Notes under the pieces: model-generated
Databases searched by the model: none
What the model saw: the letters and a program-made list of their open reading frames with translations, nothing else
Told to the model about the DNA's origin: nothing
In this document: positions 1 through 9,482 of the stretch, piece after piece
How positions within the stretch are numbered: the first letter of the stretch is position 1
Layout: each line of letters opens with the position of its first letter
Assembly (NCBI GenBank): GCA_036510875.1
Contig: DATCDE010000111.1
Span: 1 to 59,647, forward strand
Origin: Actinomycetes bacterium
GTDB taxonomy: Bacteria > Actinomycetota > Actinomycetes > Prado026
DNA length: 59,647 nt
Direction of reading: 5' to 3'
Position numbers and translations under genes: made by a program

Positions 1-93
1 CAGGCACTGCACGTCCAGCACCACATGACCATCGAGCAGATCGCTCACCCTCACGACACCATCAACCATGACCCGCAGCCCGGCCGCACCTGA
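1..93 (+). CDS. 3' end of an unidentified ORF entering from upstream of the window (...ALHVQHHMTIEQIAHPHDTINHDPQPGRT*)
   Basis: Frame 1 is open from the window edge to TGA at 91-93. Codons are GC3-rich like the rest of the window. No recognisable domain in the 30 visible residues. Confidence 0.2.
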   Translation, partial: QALHVQHHMTIEQIAHPHDTINHDPQPGRT

Positions 94-204
94 CCGCGCA
101 CGCCAGCCCCAGCTCGGCGGTCAGAGGCGAAGCCTCGTTAGATGTACCTACGACCATTAGGAAGTCAACAGTCCAGTAGAAATAACTGATGGTCAACAGA
201 TCGG

Positions 205-230
205 CCGGCGATCAGCCGGCGATCAGCCGG
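205..230. repeat. Tandem direct repeat, 11-bp unit CCGGCGATCAG x about 2.4
   Basis: Read directly: CCGGCGATCAG at 205-215, CCGGCGATCAG at 216-226, then CCGG at 227-230. The second copy contains the TCA (TGA on the minus strand) stop of the PIG-L gene at 223-225. Confidence 0.8.
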
Positions 231-942
231 TGGCGACCACCTTGAACGCCTCGGCCAGCCCGCCCTCCGGCAGCCCGGCCGCGGCCCCGGTGCGCACGGC
301 CCAACCGCGGACGAACTCCTCGAGCTCGTCCACGTGCGAGGTCTGCGACGCGTGGGCCCGCAGCGCTGAGATCTTGTCGGCGAAGTAGTCCGTCACGTCG
401 ACGTAGTGGTTGGGGGCCGGCGTGCCCATCACCCACACCTCGGGCACCACCCACTCGGCCAGCCCCTCGTCGCGCAGCAGCGACGGGTGGGCGAACGGGT
501 TGCGCGCGTCCGGGTAGACGGCCTGCAGGGCCGCCTCGCCGGCCGCCATGTGGTCCGGGTGGGACGCGCCGATCCGGTCCCAGTTGCGCTCGGGCGACTG
601 CACGACCATCCGCTGCGGGCGCACCTGGCGGATCACCCGGCTGATGTCCCGGCGCAGGTCGTGGGTGACGGTCAGCTCGCCGTCGACGTAGCCGAGGAAC
701 CGCACGTCGTGGACGCCGAGCCGCTCGCCGGCGGCCCGCTGCTCGGCCTGCCGGATGGCCGGGATCCGGTCACGGGGGACGTCGGTGTCGAAGCCACCGG
801 CATCCCCGCTCGTGATGATCGCGTAGGTCACCGCGAGGCCGGCCCGGGTCCAGGAGGCCACGGTGCCGCCGGCCCCGAAGTCCACGTCGTCCGGGTGGGC
901 GGTCACAACGAGCACGCGCTCGATCTCAGCGTCGGAGAGCAT
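223..942 (-). CDS. PIG-L (LmbE-like) family N-acetylglucosaminyl deacetylase
   Basis: Translation from ATG 942 begins MLSDAEIERVLVVTAHPDDVDFGAGGTVASW... (AHPDD metal-binding motif). Later HPDH/HxxH-type residues are typical of the PIG-L fold. The upstream 41 codons of the tracked ORF are R/G/P-rich and overlap pcrA. Confidence 0.85.
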   Translation of the reverse strand: MLSDAEIERVLVVTAHPDDVDFGAGGTVASWTRAGLAVTYAIITSGDAGGFDTDVPRDRIPAIRQAEQRAAGERLGVHDVRFLGYVDGELTVTHDLRRDISRVIRQVRPQRMVVQSPERNWDRIGASHPDHMAAGEAALQAVYPDARNPFAHPSLLRDEGLAEWVVPEVWVMGTPAPNHYVDVTDYFADKISALRAHASQTSHVDELEEFVRGWAVRTGAAAGLPEGGLAEAFKVVATG

Positions 943-1012
943 GGGCGGCAGCCTATGTGGCGGGCCGCGCGGGGGCCTGCCGTCGGTCCCGCCACCTACA
1001 CTCGAGCCGGAG

Positions 1013-3280
1013 ATGGACACCCTGTTCGAGAGCCCCCAGCCGCGTGCCGCGCCGCGGGCCGGCACCGACCCCGAGGCGCTGCTCTACGGGCTCAACCCGC
1101 AGCAGCGCGAGGCTGTGCTGCACGCGGGTAGCCCGCTGCTCATCGTCGCCGGCGCCGGCTCGGGCAAGACCCGGGTGCTCGCCCACCGGATCGCCCACCT
1201 GCTGGCGGCCCGAGGAGCCCAGCCGGGGGAGATCCTGGCCATCACCTTCACCAACAAGGCCGCGGGGGAGATGAAGGAGCGGGTGGCCGCCCTCGTCGGG
1301 CCGCGGGCCAAGGCCATGTGGGTGTCCACGTTCCACTCCGCCTGCGTGCGGATCCTGCGGGCCGAGCACGCGAAGCTGGGCTTCAGCTCCACCTTCTCGA
1401 TCTACGACGCCGCTGACAGCCAGCGGCTGATGACCCTGGTCTGCCGCGAGCTCGACCTCGACCCCAAGCGGTACCCCCCGCGGTCGTTCTCCGCGCAGGT
1501 GAGCAACCTGAAGAACGAGCTGGTCGACCACGAGGCGTTCGCGCGGCGGGCGGCCAACCACCTGGAGCAGACCCTGGCCGAGGCCTATGCGCGGTACCAG
1601 CAGCGGCTGCGCGAGGCCAACGCCATGGACTTCGACGACCTGATCATGACGACGGTCAACCTGTTGCAGGCCTTCCCGGACGTCGCCGAGCACTACCACC
1701 GACGGTTCCGGCACGTGCTCGTGGACGAGTACCAGGACACCAACCACGCCCAGTACGTGCTGGTGCGCGAGCTGGTCGGGCGCGGCACCGACGGGGTCGA
1801 GCCGGCCGAGCTGTGTGTCGTGGGCGACGCCGACCAGTCGATCTATGCGTTCCGGGGCGCCACGATCCGCAACATCCTCGCTTTCGAGGAGGACTACCCG
1901 GCCGCCCACACGATCCTGCTGGAGCGCAACTACCGCTCCACCCAGACCATCCTGTCGGCCGCGAACGCGGTCATCTCCCGCAACCTCAACCGCAAGCCGA
2001 AGAACCTGTGGACCGAGTCGGCGCAGGGCTGGCCCCTCGTCGGCTACGTCGCCGACAACGAGCACGACGAGGCGGCCTTCGTGGCCCAGGAGGTCGACCG
2101 GCTGACCGACGCCGGGCACGCCACCCCCGGTGACGTGGCCGTGTTCTACCGAACCAACGCGCAGTCCCGGGTGTTCGAGGAGGTGTTCATCCGGGTCGGC
2201 CTGCCCTACAAGGTGGTCGGCGGGGTGCGCTTCTACGAGCGCCGGGAGGTCCGTGACGCGATCGCCTACCTGCGGCTGCTGGCCAACCCGGACGACACCG
2301 TGTCGCTGCGCCGGATCCTGAACACTCCCCGCCGCGGCATCGGCGACCGGGCCGAGGCCTGCGTCAATGTGCTCGCCGACCGCGAGCGGATCCCGTTCGG
2401 GCAGGCCCTGGCCAGGGCCAGCGACGCCCCGGGCATCGCGGCCCGCTCGGTGACCGCGATCGAGGGCTTCGTCCGGTTGGTCGAGTCGCTGCGCACCCTG
2501 GTCGAGGCCGGGTCCGGGCCGGCCACGGTGCTGGAGGCGGTGCTGGAGCAGACCGGGTACCTCGGTGAGCTGCAGGCCTCCAGCGACCCGCAGGACGAGA
2601 CCCGCGCCGAGAACGTCCTCGAGCTGGTGGCGGTGGCCCGCGAGTTCGAGGAGGCCGACCCCGACGGCACCCTCGCCGACTTCCTCGAGCGGGTGTCGCT
2701 GGTGGCCGACTCCGACGAGATCCCGGACGGCGACCAGCACGGCGGCGTGGTCACCCTGATGACCCTACACACGGCCAAGGGCCTAGAGTTCCCGGTCGTC
2801 TTCCTCACCGGGCTGGAGGACGGCGTCTTCCCGCACCAGCGCTCCCTGGGCGACCCCCGCGAGCTGGAGGAGGAGCGGCGGCTGGCCTACGTGGGCATCA
2901 CCAGGGCCCGGCAGCGGCTGTACCTGTCCCGGGCGGTGGTGCGGTCGGCCTGGGGGGCGCCGCAGTACTGGCCGGCGTCCCGGTTCCTCGAGGAGATCCC
3001 GACCGAGCTGGTCGAGTGGGAACGTGCGGAGCCGGCGCCGTCCGCGCCGCCGTCCACCCCCGCGGGAGCCCGGCTGGCCGCCCGTCCCGGGACGTCGTCC
3101 CCCGGCAACCGCGCGGTGGTCGCGCTGCAGCCGGGGGACCGGGTCAGCCACGACACGTTCGGGCTGGGCACCGTGGTCAGCACGGCCGGGGCGGCCGAGC
3201 GTGCCGAGGCCACCATCGACTTCGGCGGGTCCGGCGTGAAGCGGCTGCTGCTGCGCTACGCCCCGGTCGAGAAGCTCTAG
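1013..3280 (+). CDS. pcrA: ATP-dependent DNA helicase PcrA/UvrD1 (superfamily 1A)
   Basis: From ATG 1013: MDTLFES...LNPQQREAV...IVAGAGSGKTRVL (Walker A), VDEYQDTN (motif II), and TLHTAKGLEFPVVF...RRLAYVGITRA (motifs V/VI). Confidence 0.95.
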   Translation: MDTLFESPQPRAAPRAGTDPEALLYGLNPQQREAVLHAGSPLLIVAGAGSGKTRVLAHRIAHLLAARGAQPGEILAITFTNKAAGEMKERVAALVGPRAKAMWVSTFHSACVRILRAEHAKLGFSSTFSIYDAADSQRLMTLVCRELDLDPKRYPPRSFSAQVSNLKNELVDHEAFARRAANHLEQTLAEAYARYQQRLREANAMDFDDLIMTTVNLLQAFPDVAEHYHRRFRHVLVDEYQDTNHAQYVLVRELVGRGTDGVEPAELCVVGDADQSIYAFRGATIRNILAFEEDYPAAHTILLERNYRSTQTILSAANAVISRNLNRKPKNLWTESAQGWPLVGYVADNEHDEAAFVAQEVDRLTDAGHATPGDVAVFYRTNAQSRVFEEVFIRVGLPYKVVGGVRFYERREVRDAIAYLRLLANPDDTVSLRRILNTPRRGIGDRAEACVNVLADRERIPFGQALARASDAPGIAARSVTAIEGFVRLVESLRTLVEAGSGPATVLEAVLEQTGYLGELQASSDPQDETRAENVLELVAVAREFEEADPDGTLADFLERVSLVADSDEIPDGDQHGGVVTLMTLHTAKGLEFPVVFLTGLEDGVFPHQRSLGDPRELEEERRLAYVGITRARQRLYLSRAVVRSAWGAPQYWPASRFLEEIPTELVEWERAEPAPSAPPSTPAGARLAARPGTSSPGNRAVVALQPGDRVSHDTFGLGTVVSTAGAAERAEATIDFGGSGVKRLLLRYAPVEKL

Positions 3281-3314
3281 CCCCGGACCGGCCGGACCGC
3301 GGAGTCGGGTGCGG

Positions 3315-4016
3315 TCAGGCCCGGACCCCGTGCGCGAGCAGCCAGCCCAGCGGGTCGACGAACCGCCCGGGGCGGGCCAGCACCTCGAAGTGCAGGTGCG
3401 CACCCGTGGTGTTCCCGGACGAGCCGACCCGGCCGATCCGCTCCCCGGTGCCCACCCGTTCGCCCACCTGCATGCTGATCGCCGACAGGTGGTTGTACGT
3501 CGTCCCGGTGCCGTCGGCCAGCACGATGACGATCCGGCGTCCGTAGGCGCCGTCCCGGCCCGCCTCGCGCACCACCCCGGCCGCGGCCGCGACCACCGGG
3601 GTTCCGGTGCTCGTGGCGAAGTCGAGCCCAGTGTGGAAGCCCAGGGACCAGCGGCCGCTGCGCTCGCCGTACCGGGCCGTGAGCTGGTAGCCGCCGGCCA
3701 CCGGGCGGACCGCGGTCGGGCGGGTGGCCGCCGCCGCTGGTGTCGTGCGCACCTGCGCCCGGGAGGCCGGCTTGGCCGCCCGCGCGGCGGAAACGCTGGG
3801 GGTGGTGGCAGCTGCGGTGATCGGGTTGGCGGTCGCCGTCGCGTGGGCGATGGGAGCCGCCGCGAGGCGGACGGGCGGATGGCCGTGACCGGCCAGGGCG
3901 ACGGGTGCGGCCGCGGCCAGCGTCAGACCCGTACCGAGCAGCCCGACGAGGACGGCGGACCGCCCCCGTGGACGGCGGCCGGGCCGAGGCTGGACGTGGC
4001 GACGTTGGGAGGACAC
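3315..4016 (-). CDS. Secreted M23 family metallopeptidase (Rv0950c-like by position)
   Basis: GTG start. N-terminal signal-like segment (AVLVGLLGTGLTLAAAAPVALA). C-terminal LytM motifs HTGLDFA...GSSGNTTGAHLHFEV. Confidence 0.9.
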   Translation of the reverse strand: MSSQRRHVQPRPGRRPRGRSAVLVGLLGTGLTLAAAAPVALAGHGHPPVRLAAAPIAHATATANPITAAATTPSVSAARAAKPASRAQVRTTPAAAATRPTAVRPVAGGYQLTARYGERSGRWSLGFHTGLDFATSTGTPVVAAAAGVVREAGRDGAYGRRIVIVLADGTGTTYNHLSAISMQVGERVGTGERIGRVGSSGNTTGAHLHFEVLARPGRFVDPLGWLLAHGVRA

Positions 4017-4023
4017 GGTCGTT

Positions 4024-4057
4024 CACGGTGCCCGAGGTGTTCCGCCGGGGCACCGTG
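4024..4057 (-). terminator. Stem-loop between the hydrolase gene and the M23 gene (10-bp perfect stem, 14-nt loop)
   Basis: CACGGTGCCC (4024-4033) pairs with GGGCACCGTG (4048-4057). No U-tract follows. It lies 11 nt after the hydrolase stop and 7 nt before the M23 GTG, so it could be a terminator or part of the M23 leader. Confidence 0.35.
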
Positions 4058-4068
4058 ATCAGTGGTAC

Positions 4069-5019
4069 TCAGCGTGACACGGACCTCAACGGTTGGTGAC
4101 GCTCCGTAGCTGTTCGACGTCGCCGGGTCCGGGTCTGCGGGTGGCTCGGCAGCGAGGTGACGCCGGCCGTCAGCGTCGTCCCGTCGTGGTCCAGGTGGGC
4201 CAGCGTGGCCCCGATCTCGTGCACCACGCGCCCGTCGATGGGCAGCGACAGGTGGCCGACACCGCGGACGAAGACGTTGCGGGCCATCAGGTCCGGGTGG
4301 TCCAGCCGGGCCGACCGCTTGGGGATGACCATCTGGTCGAGGTCGGTCCAGATGGACAGCACCCGGGTCCGGCAGCCCGGGGCGGGGGCGGCCAGCTCGG
4401 CCACCACGTCACTGCCGGGGCGCAGCTGCCGGGCCACCGGGTGCGGCACCAGCCGGGCCGCGAACGTGCCGGCGTGGGGTGTGCCCAACGTCACCAAGGT
4501 GTGCACCCGGGCGTCGCCGCCCATCCGCTGCACGTAATACCGCCCCACCAGGCCGCCCATCGAGTGCCCGATCACGTGCAGCCGCTCGTAGCCAGTGTCC
4601 GCGCAGACCGCCTCGACGGTCTCGGCCAGCCGTTCGGCGACCTCCCGGACGTCCTCGCTCAGCGGGCTGTAGTTGAGCGCGGTCACCCGGCCGAAGCCGC
4701 GCCGTCGCAGCCCCCGGCGGAGCACCGTGAAGATCGACCGGTTGTCCACCACACCGTGGACCAGCAGGATCGGCGTCCCGGCCGCCTCGACGTCACCGAT
4801 CATGAGCCCTCGCTGCATCGGGGGCAGCCCGTGCAGCGAGTACCGGTCGACCTCCTCGCGGGCCCGCTCCTCGGCCAGCCCGAGGGGGTACATGACCAGG
4901 TGCGCCCCGAGCCAGGCCAGCTCGACGGCGGTGCCTCGGATCCCGGCGGGGCTCAGCACGGTCCGCGCGCCGGTGCGCACGGTCCGGCCCGCGATGTCCA
5001 GCCGCTCCCGAGCGCTCAC
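4069..5019 (-). CDS. Alpha/beta hydrolase, lipase/esterase-like
   Basis: Nucleophile elbow GHSMGG, plus LVHGVVDN... and TLGTPHAG. Start chosen at GTG 5019, preceded by GGGAGGG five nt upstream. The ORF stays open to 5106, so the start is uncertain. The C-terminal approx. 30 aa are low complexity. Confidence 0.75.
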   Translation of the reverse strand: MSARERLDIAGRTVRTGARTVLSPAGIRGTAVELAWLGAHLVMYPLGLAEERAREEVDRYSLHGLPPMQRGLMIGDVEAAGTPILLVHGVVDNRSIFTVLRRGLRRRGFGRVTALNYSPLSEDVREVAERLAETVEAVCADTGYERLHVIGHSMGGLVGRYYVQRMGGDARVHTLVTLGTPHAGTFAARLVPHPVARQLRPGSDVVAELAAPAPGCRTRVLSIWTDLDQMVIPKRSARLDHPDLMARNVFVRGVGHLSLPIDGRVVHEIGATLAHLDHDGTTLTAGVTSLPSHPQTRTRRRRTATERHQPLRSVSR

Positions 5020-5175
5020 GCCGTCCCTCCCGAACCTCCTGGGCGCAGGCGCCCCGAGACCTGCGCATCGTAGCGACGGCGGCGGGGGCCCGACGGGCAG
5101 CGCCACGCGACCGTGGCCGATTCGTTAGGCTCATACATCGGCCGGAAGATCCAGGATCTGCAGCGGAGGTGAGCC

Positions 5176-5586
5176 GTGACCGCCCCGATCCGAGTGATCG
5201 TCGCCAAGCCCGGGCTGGACGGGCACGACCGTGGTGCCAAGGTGGTGGCCCGCGCGCTGCGCGACGCAGGCGTCGAGGTGGTCTACACCGGTCTGCACCA
5301 GACCCCCGAGCAGATCGTCGAGACGGCCATCCAGGAGGACGCCGACGCGGTCGGCCTGTCGGTGCTCTCCGGGGCGCACCTCACCCTGTTCCGGCGCGTC
5401 GTCGACCTGCTGCGCGAGCGCGGGGCCGACGACATCGTCGTGTTCGGCGGCGGGATCATCCCCGACGACGACATCGCCGAGCTGGCGGCCATGGGGGTCC
5501 GTAAGGTTTTCACTCCCGGTGCTCCCACGTACGAGATCGTCGACTGGGTGCGCACCCACGTCGGCCAGGAGCGGGTCGGCGACTAG
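5176..5586 (+). CDS. Stand-alone cobalamin (B12)-binding small subunit of an acyl-CoA mutase (IcmB/McmS-like)
   Basis: [44 protein letters not shown]. This includes the DxHxxG base-off/His-on motif (DGHDRG). Length is 136 aa. SD GGAGG lies upstream of GTG 5176. Confidence 0.9.
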   Translation: MTAPIRVIVAKPGLDGHDRGAKVVARALRDAGVEVVYTGLHQTPEQIVETAIQEDADAVGLSVLSGAHLTLFRRVVDLLRERGADDIVVFGGGIIPDDDIAELAAMGVRKVFTPGAPTYEIVDWVRTHVGQERVGD

Positions 5587-5658
5587 CCCGGTTGCTCGGT
5601 CGGGACCGGCCCGGTCTACGCTGCGGATCATCCCCGCTGACGAAGGACGGAGTGCCGG

Positions 5659-6834
5659 GTGGACCTGTTTGAGTACCAGGCCAAGAACCTGTTCGAGCGG
5701 CACGGCGTGCCCGTCCTCCCCGGCGAGGTCGCGACCACGCCCGAGGAGGCGCGGCACGTCGCCCGCCGGCTCGGTGGCACCGTGGTGGTCAAGGCCCAGG
5801 TGAAGACCGGCGGCCGCGGCAAGGCCGGCGGCGTGAAGCTGGCCCAGGGTCAAGACGACGCCTTCGACAAGGCCCAGGCGATCCTCGGCATGGACATCAA
5901 GGGACACCTGGTGCACCGCGTCCTGGTGACCTCGGCGAGCGACATCGACGCCGAGTACTACGTGTCGTTCCTCCTCGACCGGGCCAACCGCACCTACCTG
6001 GCGATGGCCTCCGTCGAGGGCGGCATGGAGATCGAGCAGCTGGCGGTGGAGCGGCCGCACGCGCTGGCCCGGATCCCGGTCGACGCGATCCAGGGAGTGG
6101 ACGCCGCGAAGGCCGCCGAGATCTCCGACACCGCGGGCTTCCCCGCGGACGTGCGGGACCAGGTCATCGCAGTCCTGCAGAAGCTGTGGGAGGTGTTCAC
6201 GGTCGAGGACGCGACCCTCGTCGAGGTCAACCCGCTGGTGAAGACCCCCGACGGGCAGGTCGTGGCCCTCGACGGCAAGGTCACCCTCGACGACAACGCC
6301 GGCTACCGGCACCCGGGCTACGCCGACCTGGTGGACCGTGACGCGGCCGACCCGCTCGAGCGCAGGGCCAAGGAGAAGGACCTCAACTACGTCAAGCTCT
6401 CCGGTGCGGTCGGCATCATCGGCAACGGCGCCGGCCTGGTCATGAGCACGCTGGACGTCGTCGCCTACGCCGGCGAGGAGCTCGGCGTGAAGCCGGCCAA
6501 CTTCCTCGACATCGGCGGCGGTGCCTCGGCGGAGGTCATGGCGAACGGGCTGGAGATCATCCTGTCCGACCCGGAGGTCAAGGCGGTCTTCGTCAACGTG
6601 TTCGGCGGCATCACCGCCTGCGACGCCGTCGCGGACGGCATCGTGCAGGCCTTCGCGCTGCTGGCCGGCAAGGGCGACGTGGTCGACAAGCCGCTCGTGG
6701 TCCGCCTGGACGGCAACAACGCGGACAAGGGACGCCGGATCCTCCTCGACACCGGCCTGGCCGGCGTCGAGCTGGTGGACACCATGGACGACGCGGCGCG
6801 ACGGGTGGCCGAGCTGGCCGCCTCGTCCGCCTAG
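5659..6834 (+). CDS. sucC: Succinyl-CoA synthetase beta subunit
   Basis: [19 protein letters not shown]... ATP-grasp N-terminus; ...[13 protein letters not shown]...[12 protein letters not shown]. Confidence 0.97.
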   Translation: MDLFEYQAKNLFERHGVPVLPGEVATTPEEARHVARRLGGTVVVKAQVKTGGRGKAGGVKLAQGQDDAFDKAQAILGMDIKGHLVHRVLVTSASDIDAEYYVSFLLDRANRTYLAMASVEGGMEIEQLAVERPHALARIPVDAIQGVDAAKAAEISDTAGFPADVRDQVIAVLQKLWEVFTVEDATLVEVNPLVKTPDGQVVALDGKVTLDDNAGYRHPGYADLVDRDAADPLERRAKEKDLNYVKLSGAVGIIGNGAGLVMSTLDVVAYAGEELGVKPANFLDIGGGASAEVMANGLEIILSDPEVKAVFVNVFGGITACDAVADGIVQAFALLAGKGDVVDKPLVVRLDGNNADKGRRILLDTGLAGVELVDTMDDAARRVAELAASSA

Positions 6835-6859
6835 ACACGACAGACGGGACCGAGCACGC

Positions 6860-7756
6860 ATGGCGATCTTCCTCACCGAGAACTCCCGGGTCGTGGTCCA
6901 GGGCATGACCGGGTCCGAGGGCCGTAAGCACACCCAGCGGATGCTCTCCACCGGAGCGAACATCGTGGGCGGGGTGAACCCGCGCAAGGCCGGCGAGCAG
7001 GTGGAGTTCACCGGCCCGGACGGTCCGGTACTGCTGCCGGTCTTCGGCTCGGTGGCCGAGGCCGTCGAGAAGACCGCGGCCGACGTCTCCGTCGTCTTCG
7101 TGCCACCGGCCGGGACCAAGGCCGCGGTCTACGAGGCGGTCGACGCCGGGATGCCGCTGGTCGTCGTCATCACCGAGGGCGTCCCGGTGCACGACACCGC
7201 CGACTTCTTCCAGCACGCGCAGAACTCGGGGACGACCCGGATCATCGGGCCGAACTGCCCGGGACTGATCAGCCCCGGCAAGTCCAACGCCGGGATCATC
7301 CCGGGCACCATCACCAAGGCGGGCCGGATCGGCCTGGTCAGCAAGAGCGGCACGCTGACCTACCAGATGATGTACGAGCTGCGGGACCTCGGCTTCTCGA
7401 CCTGCGTGGGCATCGGTGGCGACCCGGTCATCGGCACCACCCACATCGACTGCCTGGCCGCCTTCCAGGACGACCCGGACACCGACGCGATCGTCATGAT
7501 CGGGGAGATCGGCGGGGATGCCGAGGAGCGGGCCGCGGCCTACATCGCCGAGCACGTGACCAAGCCGGTCGTCGGCTACGTGGCCGGGTTCACCGCACCC
7601 GAGGGCAAGACCATGGGGCACGCCGGCGCGATCGTGTCCGGCTCGTCCGGCACCGCACAGGCCAAGAAGGAAGCCCTCGAGGCCGTGGGTGTTCGGGTCG
7701 GCAAGACGCCGTCCGAGACCGCCCGGCTGATGCGGGAGATCGTCGCCAGCGCCTGA
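6860..7756 (+). CDS. sucD: Succinyl-CoA synthetase alpha subunit
   Basis: ATG 6860: [25 protein letters not shown]...; phosphohistidine loop [13 protein letters not shown]. The upstream part of the tracked ORF (6521-6859) overlaps sucC out of frame. Confidence 0.97.
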   Translation: MAIFLTENSRVVVQGMTGSEGRKHTQRMLSTGANIVGGVNPRKAGEQVEFTGPDGPVLLPVFGSVAEAVEKTAADVSVVFVPPAGTKAAVYEAVDAGMPLVVVITEGVPVHDTADFFQHAQNSGTTRIIGPNCPGLISPGKSNAGIIPGTITKAGRIGLVSKSGTLTYQMMYELRDLGFSTCVGIGGDPVIGTTHIDCLAAFQDDPDTDAIVMIGEIGGDAEERAAAYIAEHVTKPVVGYVAGFTAPEGKTMGHAGAIVSGSSGTAQAKKEALEAVGVRVGKTPSETARLMREIVASA

Positions 7757-7834
7757 CCCACCCGGGGGCTGTTCGTCGCGGGCCGTCGGGCGTGGCTTCC
7801 CGGCGGGGGCTGTCCGGTTTGCGACGATCGGGAT

Positions 7835-9094
7835 GTGACCGTCCAGCTCGAGCGACCGCGCGCTGCGGGCCGGGCCGAACCGCTGCGCTCGCCGGTGGTC
7901 TCGGGGGCGACCGCAGGGCTGTGGGCCGGGGTTCTCGGGCTCGCCGTCATCGCCGTCCCGGTGCTCGTGGTCTGGGCCGCGGCACCGCACGACCAGTCCA
8001 CCCCCCAGGACGCCCTGCAGATCGGTGGGCTGGCCTGGCTGATGGCCCACGGGGCGTCGCTCACCACCCCGGACGGCGATCTCTCGCTGCTGCCGCTCGG
8101 GCTGCTGGCCGTTCCGGCGCTGCTGCTCTACCGGTCCGGCCACTGGGCCGGTCGGGTCGCGGTGGACGCGGCGCGGTCCGCGGCCGCCGCGGTGGCGACC
8201 CTCGTGGCGACGTACGCCGCGACCGCGTTCGTCGTGTCCCACCTGAGCCACCACGCGGGATCCGGCGCGGACCCCGTGTCGGTGCTTCTCGGCTCGGCGC
8301 TGCTCGCGCTGGCCGCTGGCGGCCCCGGGGTTGTGCGCGGCGGCCAGGCTCGCGGGCTGGCGCTTCGGCCGCTCACTCCGGCGGCCCGCAGCGTGCTGCG
8401 CGGGGCCGGTGTCGGGCTGGCCGTGCTGCTCGGAGGCGCGGCCGCCGTGCTGGCGGTGGCGCTCGTGGCGCACGCGGCCCGGGTGGTGGAACTGGTGCGG
8501 GCGGTGGCCCACGGGCCGGCCGGCGTGCTGGCCCTGCTGGTGCTCGGGCTGCTGCTGCTGCCCAACGCGGTGCTGTGGGCCGCCGCCTACACCGTGGGGC
8601 CCGGGTTCGCCGTCGGTGTGGCCACGTCGGTCGCGCCGACCGGGGTGCACCTCGGCGACGTCCCCTCGTTCCCCCTGCTCGGTGCACTGCCCGGCAGCGG
8701 GTCCGCTCCGGCGGTGTCCCTGCTCGCCGTCCTGGTGCCGGTCCTCGCCGGCGCACTGGTCGGGCTGCACGCGGTCCGCACCCGGCCGGACGGCGAGCGG
8801 CCGGGGGGTGTGGTGGTCCCGGTCCGGGCGGCTCTGTCCGGGCTGCTGGCCGGCGTCGCCCTGGGCGGGCTCGCGCTGCTCTCCTCGGGGTCCTTGGGCA
8901 GCGGCCGGATGTCAGCGCTCGGCCCGGACGGCTGGCCGGTCGGCCTGGCCGCGGCCGTCGAGGTGGCCGGGGTGGCGGCCGTGACCGGCTGGGCCGCCGG
9001 GCGCTATGCGGGCGCCGCCGAGCGGGTGCTGCGGGAGGCGAAGGGCCGCTGGCGCGCCGTCGCGGCCCGGCTGGACCCGCGCCGGCGCGGCTGA
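7835..9094 (+). CDS. Polytopic integral membrane protein, PerM (Rv0955)-like by position and topology
   Basis: 419 aa with about 10 hydrophobic segments rich in A/L/V/G. It sits between sucD and purN, as PerM does in mycobacteria. Assignment rests on synteny and composition only. Confidence 0.7.
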   Translation: MTVQLERPRAAGRAEPLRSPVVSGATAGLWAGVLGLAVIAVPVLVVWAAAPHDQSTPQDALQIGGLAWLMAHGASLTTPDGDLSLLPLGLLAVPALLLYRSGHWAGRVAVDAARSAAAAVATLVATYAATAFVVSHLSHHAGSGADPVSVLLGSALLALAAGGPGVVRGGQARGLALRPLTPAARSVLRGAGVGLAVLLGGAAAVLAVALVAHAARVVELVRAVAHGPAGVLALLVLGLLLLPNAVLWAAAYTVGPGFAVGVATSVAPTGVHLGDVPSFPLLGALPGSGSAPAVSLLAVLVPVLAGALVGLHAVRTRPDGERPGGVVVPVRAALSGLLAGVALGGLALLSSGSLGSGRMSALGPDGWPVGLAAAVEVAGVAAVTGWAAGRYAGAAERVLREAKGRWRAVAARLDPRRRG

Positions 9095-9106
9095 GGCTGC
9101 CTCAGC
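9090..9106. repeat. 17-nt perfect palindrome carrying the stop codons of both convergent genes
   Basis: GCTGAGGC-T-GCCTCAGC. TGA 9092-9094 ends the PerM-like gene. TCA 9102-9104 is the stop of the minus-strand gene. Confidence 0.8.
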
Positions 9107-9482
9107 GGCCGATCCGGTCCAGCAGCGCAGTGCGCAGCTGGGTGTCGCAGGCCTGTTGTGCGATCTGGGTGTTGGCCCCGGCTCGGCAGGACTCGTAGTC
9201 GCGCATCTGCGGCCAGAACATGACGACGACGATGCCCATGAGCACGGCCAGACCCGCGCCCAGCGCCCCCAGCGTCATGCCCACGGCGGTACGCGACGGG
9301 GCGGCGGTCCCCGACGTCCTGGCGGCCCGCAGCGTGCGCCGACCGACGACCAGGGCGCCCACCCCGAGGGCGAGCCCGAGCGGGAAGAAGAACACCGCGC
9401 CGAGCAGTGCGGCCAGCCCGCTGAGCAGCGTGGCCGTCGCCGAGCTGGACAGCGGGGACGGGGCGGGCTCCGGCTGGCTCAC
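9102..9482 (-). CDS. Small membrane protein (DUF4190-like, two TM segments)
   Basis: 126 aa. Hydrophobic segments [29 protein letters not shown] and [25 protein letters not shown]3-rich codons. Function unknown. Confidence 0.6.
   Translation of the reverse strand: MSQPEPAPSPLSSSATATLLSGLAALLGAVFFFPLGLALGVGALVVGRRTLRAARTSGTAAPSRTAVGMTLGALGAGLAVLMGIVVVMFWPQMRDYESCRAGANTQIAQQACDTQLRTALLDRIGR

Noticed and set aside
4017-4200. Possible c-di-AMP (ydaO) riboswitch in front of the M23 peptidase gene, as seen before some actinobacterial cell-wall hydrolase genes.
   Set aside because: Only 52 nt are non-coding. The minus-strand sequence shows a single 10-bp hairpin and none of the paired ACGGGGA/CCGA-type conserved cores I would expect. 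It is more simply read as the terminator of the upstream hydrolase gene.
5107-5175. Cobalamin riboswitch before the B12-binding subunit gene.
   Set aside because: The gap of about 70 nt is far too short for the element of about 200 nt, and no B12-box-like sequence is seen.
7763-7817. Direct repeat GGGGCTGT(T/C)CG at 7763 and 7809 between sucD and the PerM-like gene.
   Set aside because: It is short (9-11 nt) and G-rich, so it fits chance in this composition. There is no associated structure.
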